From: Camelus dromedarius
Lineage: Eukaryota
NCBI RefSeq assembly: GCF_036321535.1
Contig: NC_087436.1
Coordinates: 119,042,001 to 119,106,000, forward strand
Direction of reading: 5' to 3'
Length of the DNA: 64,000 nucleotides
Of the stretch, positions 23,796-36,383 are shown in pieces. A program made the translations under genes and the position numbers. The notes below the pieces were generated by a model. The model saw nothing but the letters and a program-made list of their open reading frames with translations, was not told the origin of the DNA and searched no databases. The first letter of the stretch is position 1. Every line of letters starts with the position of its first letter.

Positions 23796-26009
23796 AAGCA
23801 GCACCACTCTTCCTGGGGCTCCTGGCGCCCCTCCCGCTCTGTGACCTGGGTTTGGGGCTCCTATGTAGCGCCCGGCCCCCCAGCACCCCCCATGCAACAT
23901 ACTGACAAGACGCCAGGCTCCTAGAATCCCCAGGGCAACTCAACTGAGTACGTTTCCAGGGCCCCACCTGCCGGGTTCCCTCTGGACGCTGCTCCAGCTT
24001 CTGCGTAAACACATTTTCCTGCAGATTCTCTCAGGGAGGGGGCCCCAGGGACCCCAGTCCATGGCCTCGGCCTCGCTGCAATAATTCAAAGCTGTCTCCT
24101 AGTCTGAGCAAGCAAGCAGGCCCTCTCAGGACCGGAGGCTCTGATTAAGGATGGGTCCGGGTGTGTGCATGCATGCGGAGCGGGGCGGGGGAGGGCGGGT
24201 GCCTGGAGCAGCCGCCATGGAGGTGTTTGGGGGTCACCACACCTCAAATGGCAGCATTCCAAAAAGATTTCTGCCGATCAGTCCAATGAGATGATGGAGG
24301 CTCCCCTCAGCTCCAGCCCGTGTGCCTGACGGTCCACGGCTGGGACAGTGCTTTGATCAGGCAGGCAGTAATTTGGGTCAGGGAGGAGAGGGCCGGAGGA
24401 GGACCGGCCTGGGGTCCCCATTCTGCCATTTGCCTCCCCTCGTGGCCTCGGGAAAGGCCACTCCCTCGCTGAGCCTGTTTCTTCATCTGTACAATGGGGT
24501 GGCCATGGCAACCCTTGGACAGAGTTAGGATGGGAGAGTTCCAAGCGGGCAGGGACACACACCCACGCTGGAGGGAGCACGGGCCTGACAGAAATGCGGC
24601 TTTACCATTCAGAGCCACCTAACGACAGAGCTGTTGCTAAGAGCGGGCACCCCCGTGCGCCAGGCTGCTTTCTGCTGGGCACACCTCGCCCCGTCCTCAG
24701 GACAGACCTGACAGGGAGGGCTTGCTCTGCCCTCCTGGAGAGGAGGCTGAAGCCCAGCAAGGTTAAGACGTTCACTCAGGGTCACACAGCTGCCAAGCAG
24801 CAAAGCCAGCATTCAAATTCAGGTCTGTGTGCTCCCAAACTCCATGCTGCCAGCACCAGCTCGTGCTGCTTTTAGAGACCACTTCCTTCTCCTGGAGATC
24901 CTGTGTCTGCAGGACTGAACCTGGGCCCCAGCACTTCTGGCTGTGCTAGGGTCAGGGTAGGGGTGGGGGCGCTGACATCGCCTGGCAGACGTACCTCACT
25001 TGGGCTGACTCCTCCCCTGGGTCATCAAACACTGTACAGAGATGGCTCAACCGAAGCGCCCGTCCTCCCAAAGGGACAATGACACCACTGAAGTCACTGC
25101 CACGGAAGAGGGAACTCAGACAAGCCCCCAGCCCAGAGAGGGCTTCCAGAAGAGTCCTTCTTTCTTCAGACAACTCTCCCCTGAGCTCCCGTGATGTGCC
25201 AGGCCCTGTGCCCAGCACCACGGGGTGAGGCTGAACAAGAGAGACAGGCCTTGGCATGGACACAGGGAGGCGGCCTGCCTACCGCTGTCCCCTGTGGCCT
25301 TCATGCGGGAAAACCAGCCATCAAGCCCACTGACAGTTCTGAAAACTGACGCCTGGGGGCTCCAGGCTGGCTCCTCCCCCATCAGCACGTGGCCCAGCGG
25401 CAGAACCATGACCGTGCGCCCTGATGATGGACGGTGAGTGTGTCTGGGTCTCCCTACGGGTGGAATTAATGCCTTGAGTCTTGGCTGGCAAACTGCAGCC
25501 CGTGAGCCAAATCCAGCCCAGGATCCAGAATAGTTTTCTGCATTTTGAAAGGACCCTAAAACAAATGACAAACAAGGACAACAAAGCAAAGCAAAGTAAG
25601 CAACACTTATTAAGAGTAAGCAAAGGGTATTTAAACTGATCCACCAGCGGAACTAAACGGGAGTACTGGGGTCTTCAGTTGCACCACCAGTTAGGTCCCA
25701 CTGAATGCTGTGAATTCCCATGTTTGCATCGTCTGTTCCGAGAAGGGATTCCGCCCTGGCTCTGTGTCATCTCACTCATTTGACTTAGAAAACACCCTTC
25801 AAAGGACCCTGTTCGCTGCTGTACCTTCTAATGAATTAAAATTTATTTCTGTCCTAAAAAAATTTAATTTTAGGCCTGCAAAGTCTGAAGTATTTACCAT
25901 CTGGCTACTTACAGAAAATGTGTGTCACTCCCCTTCTAGTTCAATACCTCACTTTGCAGATGGAGAAAACAGGGGTCAGAAAGTCAGGGTCTGGGTCTGG
26001 GTCCTTGGT

Positions 26010-26460
26010 TCCTTTCCCACACCAATGCGCGGGCTGGAAACAACAGAAACGTACCGCCTCAGTCTGGAGGCCGGACATCCGAAGTCAAGGCACCTGCAGG
26101 GCTGGTTCCCTGTGGAGGCTCTAAGGGGAGAGAAAGCCAGTCCTCGCCTCTCCTAGCTTTTGGTGCTTTCCAGCAACCCTTAGTGGTCCTTGCTGTGTAG
26201 ATACATCACTCCCAACTCTGCCTCTGTCTTCATGTGACAGTCTCCCTGTATGTCTCTGTGTGTCCGTCCTCTTCACATAAGGACACCAGTCATTGGATTT
26301 AGGGTCCCCTTTAATCAAATATGACCTGATCTCCTTTTTTTAAATATGACCTGATCTTAACTTAAGTAATTGTATCTTCAAAGATACTATTTCCAAATAA
26401 AGTCATATTCTAAGGTTCTGGGTGGATATGAATCTTGGGAGACAATATTCAACCCAGTAT
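26010..26460 (-). mobile_element. MLT1B/C-like MaLR solo LTR
   Basis: gtctggaggccggacatccgaagtcaagg...aaggacaccagtcattggatttagggtcc...ctatttccaaataaagtcatattctaaggttctggg...acaatattcaaccc. Confidence 0.85.
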
Positions 26461-26547
26461 AGTTTAGGACCTCTAATCCCCCCCCCATCAATGCTGCCTC
26501 CTCTGGGGGACTGTCTCCTCAGGTGTGTGGACACTTTTATCTCACAC

Positions 26548-26590
26548 AGACATGCACACACACACACACACACACGCCTGCACGCACACA
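26548..26590. repeat. (CA)n microsatellite
   Basis: gcacacacacacacacacacacgcctgcacgcacaca. Confidence 0.85.
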
Positions 26591-27499
26591 GATGTTCTAC
26601 TCCACATGACAAGCGGGCAAGACTTCCCAAGGACAGGCTGCAGGACGACATGCAGGCTGGCACACGGCCACGACAAATGGCTTGTTTCTTGCCAAGCCCC
26701 ACTGCCAGTGTCTCCTTCCAGGAGGACTGACCGCTGGCAGTCAAGGTGGGAAAAAGATCGTTCGCGGTGTGGATCAAGAGCATCGCCTCCCTCCCATCCG
26801 CCGTGCAGGAAGCAGGGCTCTCCCAAGGCCCAGCTGGGGTTCGGAGCTGCTCCTGTGGCTTCCAGTTTCTACAAAGCATCAGCCACACCCCTGCCCTAGG
26901 GCACCCAGCGTCACCTGGCAGAGTGGGACTCACGCCCAGCTCCGACTGCAGGCCTACGTTTTGCCCACCTCACAGCAGGTCACTCCTACTCCCCTGTTTG
27001 GTCCAGAGACCTGCTCTTTGCTAATGAGACCACACAGCTGGGTTGGGCCGGGTTTGGCCACCCAGTCCCGAACCATGGGCAGGGGCAGGGGCCCGCTGGC
27101 CCACCAGCACTGGCCGGGAGGAAACACTGGGCAAGTCCTGCTCACCGAGCTCTGCAGGCTGCACTGTCACTGAGAGTCCAGATGAAGAGAAGCCAGTTTC
27201 AAAAGTTAATTTTAAGAATCTTTTCATGGGCCTGAAACCAAGCTGGAACATGGCACACAGCACACACCACAGAGGGGGTATCTGTGGGGATCAGTGGTCC
27301 TGCACTGAGACATGGTTCCTGGGGTGGGGCTCACACCAGTAGGTCTGCCCCACCCTGACCTGCACCTTCACCTCCACAGGGACAGAGCAGAGCTGTGGCC
27401 CAAGAAGAGAAAATCTGACCTGGAAACAGCATGGACGGTGAGGCTCATGCTCTAAGCCCTGTACCCATGGGGCCTGGAGGGCCTGGAGGGCCAGGACAA

Positions 27500-27590
27500 G
27501 TCTGATGGGCCCCTGCTGTATGCTTGGTGCCTAGAACAGTGTCTGGAACAGAGCAAGTACTCAATAAAACATTTGTTGAATGAATAAAAC
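27500..27590 (+). mobile_element. L2 3' end
   Basis: gtgcctagaacagtgtctggaacagagcaagtactcaataaaacatttgttgaatgaat. Confidence 0.8.
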
Positions 27591-28069
27591 AACTGAGTTA
27601 GAGAACAAAGGCTCAAAGTTCAGCACCTCAGTGCTTGAATGAAGCCTGGGAAATGCTAGCAGGACAGTTCCTTCCAGTTAACCCAGCAACTGCGTCCTTC
27701 GTGCCGTCATCTGCAACCAAGCCAGGGGCTCCCACTTGGCTCAGTCCAGGGGCTTCTTTGGTTCTATTGAAGGAGTTCAGGGACAGGGAAGAGGTCAATG
27801 TCACAGAGGCACTTGTGACTCCACCATCAAGAGTCAGCGCCACTATTTTTCTGGTTCAGTAATCACATCTTGTAAGGGCAGCTGGACCTTAGCAGGCCTG
27901 AAGGGCTGACTCATCTGAACCAAACACACAAGAGACTGATGAATAAGCCAGACAGTTTGTTCACAGTAATAACATTGACGGTGACCAGAACTGGGCACCC
28001 AGCAGGTGCTGGGCCCCTTGTTAATGTGTCAGTCACGAACCATGGCCCTGCAAAGTGAGCAGTACTTGG

Positions 28070-28190
28070 CTGCAGTTTACAGATACAGAAACAAACCTTG
28101 AGAGGTGGCAGAATCAGCTCAAAGTCCCAGCCAGGAAGCAGCAGAGATGGGATTTGAACCCAAGTCTGCCTGACTCCTAGGCCCTGCACA
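28070..28190 (-). mobile_element. MIR SINE
   Basis: tttacagatacagaaaca...gggatttgaacccaagtctgcctgactcc. Confidence 0.7.
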
Positions 28191-28227
28191 ATCCATCAGT
28201 GCAGATCATCTGACCCCAAGTATTAGG

Positions 28228-28664
28228 TGTATTAGTCAGAAAAACAGGACCAATGTTTCTTTTTGTTTCTCCAAAGAAACAACCAATAGGATATTTATAT
28301 ATACACAGAGATTTATTTTATAGAATTGGCTTACATGATTAAGGAGACTGAAAAGTCCAAAATCTGCAGGGTTGGCTAGCTGGCTAGAGACTCAGAAAGC
28401 ACTGATGTTGCAGTTTGAGTCCAAAGACCATCTGCTGCAGAACTCTCTGCTGCCCAGACGAGGTTAGTGTTTGTTATATTCACACCATCAACTGATTAGA
28501 TGAGGCCCACCCACATTATAAAGGATAATCTGCTTTACTCAAAGTCTACTGATCTAAATGATCATCTCATCCAAAAATACTCCCATAGGAAAAACCCAGA
28601 ATGTTTCATCACATATTTGGGCACCACAGCTCAGCCAAGCTGACAGATAAAATTAACTATCACA
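28228..28664 (-). mobile_element. MLT2-like ERVL solo LTR
   Basis: tgtattagtcag...gaattggcttacatgatt...aagtccaaaatctgcaggg...gatgaggcccacccacattat...gataaaattaactatcaca (TG...CA termini). Confidence 0.85.
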
Positions 28665-28862
28665 GTTGACAAAGTCTTTTTGTAGAGGCCAGATAATCAA
28701 TACATCAGGTTTACAGGCCATACAGCCTCTGTTGCAGCTCCTCAGGTCTGCCCTTGTAGTGCAAAAACAGCCATGGACAATATGTAAATGAACAGGTGTG
28801 GCTGTGTACCAATAAAACTTTATTTACAAAAACAGTCGGTGGGCCAGATTTGGCCCACAGGA
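28665..28862. mobile_element. MER58A-like hAT-Charlie element
   Basis: aggccagataat...caggccatacagcctctgttgcagct...gtgtggctgtgtaccaataaaactttatttacaaaaacag...gggccagatttggccc. Confidence 0.85.
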
Positions 28863-31329
28863 CAACTCAGAAGCAGCCTTTATTTCTGACTATAACACTG
28901 CCTTTTCTCTAACTTAAGCACTACATTTTGGTTTTCATTTCTAAGCTAATTTTTCACATCCCTAGAAAGAATTCATGTGTGGCTCAAATCAGATCATCAA
29001 TAATCAAATTAACAGTAAATCTCAGGCGTTAGTACCTGGTAGGAAGACAAGAATGAAGATCAAAAGCCTCATTAAGATGTGGTTTAATTGAAGATGGCAG
29101 AGAAGAAAAACCGTTAAAGAAATCAACAACACATTTTAAAAGGAAATTTAAAAGTAAGCAGTTAAGTATGATGATAAATTCCAGCCCTGTTGATCAGAAT
29201 TACAGCTGAGAGTCTGCAGTTACAAACAGCGGGAGGGGCCTGGGAGTCCTGACTGTCGCTTTAAATTAAACACCCTGCAGAATATAGCACGCTGCTCTGT
29301 CTTTCTCACTTTCTGTAATAAGGAAGCTCTGACAGGGATGAAAAGCCAAATTTATGACCCACCTCATGCTGTTTAACCAGCTTCTTGAAGCTTTATCGTG
29401 TGCTAACACCACGGACATCAATTCCTGATCGAACAGAGTTTGCTGTCAGGGATAAACAAATGCCCAGTCATATCCAAGAAAAAAGGGTCTGAGGGTGCAG
29501 GCTGCTCTGGAGCAGGGCACGGAATGAGGGCCAGCTGTGGCCCTGCAGCATCCGAGAAGGTCTGAGGACCCTCTCTGGGGGTGGTCTATTCTACCTGGAG
29601 GCCCACAGAGACCAAACACCTTGCCCCAAGCCAAATATCACACCCGCAGGAGCTCAACCCCCACCTGAATGGTTTCATAATCTTAGATGCTACCCAGGGC
29701 GTAACTCTCACATCCAGGCCAAGATCAAACTGGGAGGTGTGAATTTCCATTTAAGAAATGGCCACGCGAACCTCTTTCCTTTTCCACAATGAGCTGCATT
29801 TTCCTCAGCACCAAAATTGATGAACGTTGCCACAGCTATGTCCCTGATGCTAGGTGTGGGCATGGCGCTTCACAGCTGCCACCTGCACTGTCTCACCTGA
29901 CCTCCTGGAAACCCTGGGGGAATTTCCAGTCATCTAGATTTCCCTGAAAGAAGCTGAGGCCCAGAGAAGGGAAGCAAGTTCCCTGAGGTCACACAGTCTG
30001 CACCAGCGGTCTGGCTCTAAAGGCCATGCTTTCTCTGTTCCAGCTCTAGTGCCTTGTATCAGTGAAATGCCAAAGGGGCCCTGGGGTCCAGGAAGAGAGG
30101 TGTCTCCCCTCTGTGACAGCCCCTCCCCCCAGAGTCTCAGTGTGAGTAAAGGCCCAAAGCCAGAGGTTCCCCGTTACACTGAACACTCACACCTCACAGT
30201 GAACCTCCTGCAGACAGGGATGGGACAATAGTGGCCCCTGGCCAGTATACAATGTCCTTGATCTGTTCGTTGAGAAAATTCAGGCCAATTTTGTAATCTA
30301 TTCATTCCTTCTTTCACCAAATTACAACTTTGCAGCTGCGTATCACTTTTTTTTTTTATGTAAAGATTAGAAGAGGAGGATGTTATAGCCCAGGCACTCA
30401 GCCACCTGCCCCACTTTGAGAAGCACGGCCTTAAGGGAGCCCATTCACCAAGGGAGGGTGCCTGAGATTCTAGATGACAGATATTGTTGGGTTTTCAAGG
30501 CCAGGAATCAGCACAGTCTGGTAAAGGGGGAGAGGAATCCTGAAGGAGGGGAAGGTCTGAAAGGCAGCCAGGAGCGTGCTGGCAAATGCTTAAGAACCGG
30601 CTGGGCCCTGACTTGTAGCATCTGCCCACATCGCCTACCACGGCCAACTGCAAACTACCAACGAGATAACGACCAGCTCACAGAACCACAGCTTCAGCGG
30701 TCGGCGCTCACCAGCGAGTGTGAGCCGCCCAGAGCGCCACCGGATGAGGCCCACCTCCTGGATGAAGTCAGGCAGGACCACAGGGACTTCCAGAGGCCTC
30801 CACACCGCAGGCCCTTGGCAGTGGCTGCCTGACCCCCAGGGTGGACAAGCTCAGGGCACATCCACAGGGTCAGGCTGAAACTTCCTTTACCTGCAGTCAC
30901 ATCCTCCCCTGTCCTGCCCGCCCCCCCAAGCCTGGTTTCCCCTGGCAACACTTCCTGAACAAATCATCCTCACACAGGGTCAGCTTCTGGGGAACCCGCT
31001 GAGAGAGCCTGGAGCTCCAAGATCTCATCTGCCCCTACCCCTGTCCGGCTGTGCGGTCTAGGGGTGGAGGAGGGGCCAGCACTGAACCAGCACTCCTGCC
31101 TTCCACCTTGTCCACTCTGAGCCATCCTCCAGGGGCCTCGGGGAGTCAGACCAGGTCCCAGCCCCGCCTTCCACACACCACAGAACACCCTGGGGAGGAT
31201 CTGGGCTGTGCCAGCGCCCCGTTCTCAAACTCACTCCTACTTCTATAGCAGAACATACGAAAAGTCACACTAAAGGGATAAACAAAGACTAAATCCATTT
31301 AAGACATCAATTTAAGTCGGGTTTTGCTG

Positions 31330-31650
31330 CCAAACAAGTTATAAAAAAATCTTTTGATTTCTTTTAAAATTTTCGAATACTGTTGGACAGGTGTCTATGT
31401 GCACAGTTGCAAGAGCTTTTCTAACCGATACACCTTGAAAGGGACTCGCCGGGCTGCAGATGGGGGACATCTTTCGCATGTCTACGTGTCGGCAGATTCC
31501 TGCCCAAGTGGTTTGCTCTCATCTACGCTTCCAATGACAGTGTATGTGCCTCTCCGTCTCTCCATCCCCTCCCTATGCCTGCGATCCTGAGGCTTCAAGA
31601 TCTCTCTGCAGACCCGAGGGGTGAGAAATGGTATTGCCTCATTTTCTCAT
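31330..31650 (-). mobile_element. Old L1M fragment
   Basis: cccaagtggtttg...cttccaatgacagtgtatg...ggtgagaaatggtatt resembles the antisense L1 ORF2 end. Confidence 0.55.
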
Positions 31651-31959
31651 CCATTCTTTAAGAGCCAGCAAGATAGGCTCCCTGGGTGGCCTCCCCTAAC
31701 CCCCTGGATGAGTTGGTTGCCCCTCCTTGTCAACCCACTCCAGACCTCTTAATGCCTGGCTGTGGCTCATCTACTGCCAGGTGGGCCACCCCTACTGGAC
31801 CGGGAGGCACATGGGCTCCAAATCCAGACCCTGTGTTCAACCACGGACATGGTAATTATATCGGCTAATTGGACTGTACCTGTCATGTGCCAGGTTCTGT
31901 CCTAGTTATTTCATTTGGCTAAACCCAGTTGATCCTCAACAACCTGATGAGGTAGTGTC

Positions 31960-32303
31960 CTGGCCCACCTGCGATGTTATGACAAAAACACCATGACTGG
32001 GTGGCTTATAAGCAACATGCATTTATGTCTCAAGATTCTGCAGGCTGGGAGGTCCAAGACCACGGTGCCACAGATTCAGTGTGTGGTAAGGGCCTGCATC
32101 TCAGTCTTTTCACTATAATCTCACCTGGTAGAAGGGACACGTTAGCTTTCTGGGGTCTCTGGTACAAGACACTGTTCCCAGTCATCAGGGTTCTGCCCTC
32201 ATGACCTCATCATCTCCCAGAGGCTCTACCTTCTAATATCATCACCTTGGGAGAAAGGATTCAACAGACGTATTTTGGGAGGACACAAGCATGCAGACCA
32301 CAG
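31960..32303 (-). mobile_element. MLT1A/MST-like MaLR LTR
   Basis: actgggtggcttataagcaaca...ggctgggaggtccaagacc...gccctcatgacctcatcatctcccagaggc...ttttgggaggacacaagcatgcagacca. Confidence 0.8.
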
Positions 32304-33159
32304 AAGCAGGCATGACCATTAAGATTTTGTTTTTAATCTTATATTTGGAAAGTTTTCCAAAATTATACTGACATTTTAAGAATTTAATTATTTCCATTCT
32401 CATCTCCAAGGACACCAATTATGTGTATGCTGGATCCCCTCTGCCTTCTGTATTACCACTTTTTGACTCTTTTTATCCCTTCTTTATTTATATGACTTTG
32501 CCTTGCTCTTCCCAGCCCCGCTTCCAGGCCTCTCGCTGTGTTTCCTGCATCCCCTGCTGTGGTCACCCCACCGTGGGCTTCACTTGCCGTCGGGCTTCCT
32601 TTTCAGCCCATCTGTTTCACTGAGATCAGTCGTACCACGGGCCAGCCTCTTCTGTCATGTTGCCATCTCTGCTGGGTTCCTGTATCCCAACTTTGCACTT
32701 TTACAGGCGGGATTACCTCCAGTACTTCTTCCTTAATTCAAGACATTATGTACTCTTGGAATTTTCATCTGCATGTGGCAATATTTTTCCTATGTCTATT
32801 CTTCACCTATCACTTTCTTGGTTTTTTTTAGAGTAACTTAATATAGAGCTGTGCTGTTTCCCTCTGATTATGACTCACCTGTGAGGCAAGTTCTTCCTGA
32901 ACCATTGATTTATACAAGATTCATGTGCAAGACAGTCCAAAAAGTGAGACAGGTCTTATGATACAGGGTGTGAGTGAGGGACAGTTCTTTCAGCCTTTAC
33001 TTTTTTCTGGGCAAAGATCAGAGGCCTCAGACCTGCACCCACACAGAGCCTCTATTTCCCACTCTGTCTCCCCAGGAGATACATCTAGAAACTATGGTTT
33101 GTGTATATAAGTTCGTGTCCAGCCCAGATTCTTCTGTTTTCACTTTGTTTAAAACTAGA

Positions 33160-33752
33160 GCTGATGGATGAATGGAAAATGTAATTTTATACACACACAC
33201 ACAAATACATACACATAGAGAGCGGGGTGAGTGGAGAGGGAAGGAGGGAGATACAACGGAATATTACTCAGCCATAAAAAAGAAACCCTTGTCATTTTTG
33301 ACAACATGGATGGAATTTGAAGGCAATAAAGCTAAGTGAAATAAGTCAGACAGAGAAAGACAAATACTGTATAATCCTTATATGTGGAATCTAAAAAAAA
33401 ATCCCCACTGAGAGATACAAAGAACCAACTGGTGGTCACCAGAGACAGAGGGTCAGAGGTGGGCAAAATGGATGAAGTGGTTCAAGGGTACAAACCTCCA
33501 GCTGGAAAAGAAATAAGCCACGGGAATGTAATGTATAGCATGGTGATGATCGTTAATAATACTGGAAAGTTGCTAAGAGAGTAGTTCTTACAAGTTCCCA
33601 CTCGTCACAGGAAAAAAAGTGTAAAACTACATGTGGTGACGCATGTTAACTAGACTTAACGTACTAATCGTTTCCCAGTGTAGACAAATATTGAATCATT
33701 AAATTAAATACCTGAAACAGATAAAAGATATGTCGATTATACCTCCATTAAA
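33160..33752 (+). mobile_element. L1 (L1MA/MB-like) 3' end with internal (CA)n
   Basis: ggaatattactcagccataaaaa...acaacatggatggaatttga...ctaagtgaaataagtcagacagagaaagacaaatactgt...gaaagttgctaagagagtag. Confidence 0.9.
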
Positions 33753-34149
33753 CACAAACCCCTGGACATGGGAGGGCTCCCACGGCAGCGGATGCATGAA
33801 AGGGGCGGTAGGTTTTGCCTTCTGCCCCCACCACCCGGAGTACAGAGAACTCGGCCCTCTCGCTCCGTCTGAGCCCTTCTGCAGCCGGGCACTTTCTCTC
33901 CCTCTGGACTCTCCCTGCACCCATCTTGACTTCTACTGACCTTCCATGTACGAGGTTCCAGATGCTATGGTTTCATCAAAAACATTTGCATTTCTATTTG
34001 TTGCTTCAGGATCATTTCTAAAAGGAGAAAAGGAAAATGCTGTCCTAACTCTGTCGTTTTACAGCTGGACTTCCCTGAGCCAGCCTTGGAACTTGGGCCA
34101 TTTGGGCTCCGGACCCAGAATGTTTTCCCGGCCCCACAACAGCTCCATG

Positions 34150-34560
34150 ATACAGACCAAGGCCAGCACACGTTTCCTCTAAAGGACCAGGCAGGAAACA
34201 TTGTAGGCTTCACAGGCCTCACTGTCTCTGTCACAACCACTCAGCTCTGCTCCTGCAACATGAAAGCGTCCACAGACAATCTCTGAACCAACTGGTGTGG
34301 CCACATTCCACCTGAACTTCATCTACAAAAACGGGAGGCAGTTCGACGTGCCACAATTTGCCAACCTCTCATATAGACTACAAGGCAGAGGTCACAAATG
34401 TGGCTGCAAATGCCCAAGCTGTCTCTGGGCAACTCAGCCCACAGCTGGGCTTCTGTCCAAATGTTTAAAAACTTCTCGGGGAACGTTTAAAAATGGAACG
34501 ATTTGATATGCAAACCCGATTTTCTTTTTTCTTTTCAGAAACTGTGAAGAGCCAGCCATT
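34150..34560. mobile_element. MER58-like hAT-Charlie elements
   Basis: taaaggaccaggcaggaaacattgtaggcttcacaggcc...acaaccactcagctctgc...catctacaaaaacgggagg; followed by a second hAT-like remnant. Confidence 0.65.
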
Positions 34561-36383
34561 CTAGGGTCCCACAGGCTACGCTCGCCAGCACGCCACAGTC
34601 CCCAGCGCTCCCTGATGCCTGGACGTCACTTTGCCACTGCTGGCATCACACTGCACTGTATTCCTTACACATTTTGTACTTTATTCATGGACATACCCAC
34701 CTGGGTTCTTTGGGCATCCAGTTTAAGGGTCACCAAGGTGAAGGACAAACCTGCTACATTTCCTCAAAAAAGCCAGTAAAGTGCTAGGCCTGGCTGTCAA
34801 GAAATACTTTGGCATTGCTCCAAAGTAAATTACGTCTCTGGCCTAAAGCCGTCCTACGCCGTGCGCAACAGGAGATCTGAGATGTTCAGGCTGGAAAACC
34901 TCCTGTGTCCATCAGGCCCGACTCCTCCCTTCTAAATGGGGAAGTGGGGCCGAGTGTGGAGCATGACCTGAGCAGAGCCAGCGGAAGCTGGGGACAGAGC
35001 TCTCACCAAACGTCCCCTCTGTCATTTATAAATCTGCTGGACCCCTTTCTTCAAAACTGCACTCGATCTGGGCAAAGAGGAGAAGCAGAAGGAGCCATGT
35101 CTCTCTCCATCTGTCTTCTATGTTTACCTAAAGGTATTCGTAAAGACTCATAAATATGCCCAGGAACTTAGAGCACAAAAGCTCAGCCTCCGAAGGCGCG
35201 CATCACCCTCCCCCATCCCCCCCCCCCAGCAGAAACAGCAGGTGCTGTCACTCAGGCTGTGAGAGCATCTCCTTCACCACCTCAACGCCGTCCCACCTCC
35301 GCTGTCTGCTCTTTCATACTGTGTCCTTTGAATCCTCACAACAACCCTGAACTGATAAACTGCCTTTTGTGTAAGTGAACTGTGGTCTCCTGCTGCACAA
35401 GTCAGTTTTCTCACCCTAACAGAACCACGGACCGTTGGAAGGGAGCGGGTAGAAATATTGTGGCTAGTTTTTCTTCTTTCAAGCGTCTGGACCACGTGGC
35501 TCTGCTGCTGGTTTAGCTGCAGGTCCACCAGGTTTTCTGGAAGCGCGCTTCACGGGTTGATGCCGGAATTCTCATAAACCTCTCTTTCCCATCCTTTTTC
35601 AGCCCAGGCAACTGGATTAACAGTCCTGAGTCACAGCCCTGTCACAGCCGTATCCAGCCTGCATTTAATCATGCTGCTTTGCCATTGTCTGGCCCGTTCT
35701 GCTACAACCACTGCTTTTGCAAAGCAAATTAGGTCATACACGATTCACAAACAGGAGAATGATGTTGGGATAATGTGAAAGTCAGATTGGTTCAAACACG
35801 ATTCGTCTTGGTGTGTTAACGTTCTGTGCCAGCCAGTGGAAGCAGCTGAACACGAAATACCGCGACGGCTGAACGCAGGAGCTGCCGAGGAACGTGGCAC
35901 GAGACACCACGCCTTCACCTCACTCTTCCTTGTGGCTCTGTCTGGAAGTGTTCAGTGGGCGAGTCTCTCTTCTGAACTTGGGACTTGTTTCCATCTGTAC
36001 TTCAGGCTCCCTTCCTGAAAGCCCTTCTATCAAACAACCTTCACTTTTTGTTTCCAACATAAAATTGTATAACTGCTGGAATATTTATTTATTAGGAGTT
36101 TAACATTTTTTTCTGCCTTTTTTTTAAGAGCTGTGCTAGATATTTATAGGACTGTTACTATTTTTGTAGTGTTGGTTAACCGTGGCATGGGTTTCCAGTG
36201 GTCTGCCCCCACCGTATCCCGCCCATCAGCCTGGATGTTGGTAAGCATGCAGTTTTGCAGATCAAGAGGTTTCTCAGGAATGCATACATCCTGCTTGTGC
36301 AGAAACACCTGCACTTACCTTCATAGTTACTTTTTATTTTTGGCCTGATTTGCTGGTCTTCCAAGTATAATGGAGGGCCAATT

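Noticed and set aside
30416..30832. CpG-containing ORF that looks somewhat coding (YQRDNDQLTEPQLQRS...)
   Set aside because: No convincing splice sites, no ATG start and no recognisable homology; not supportable without a database search.
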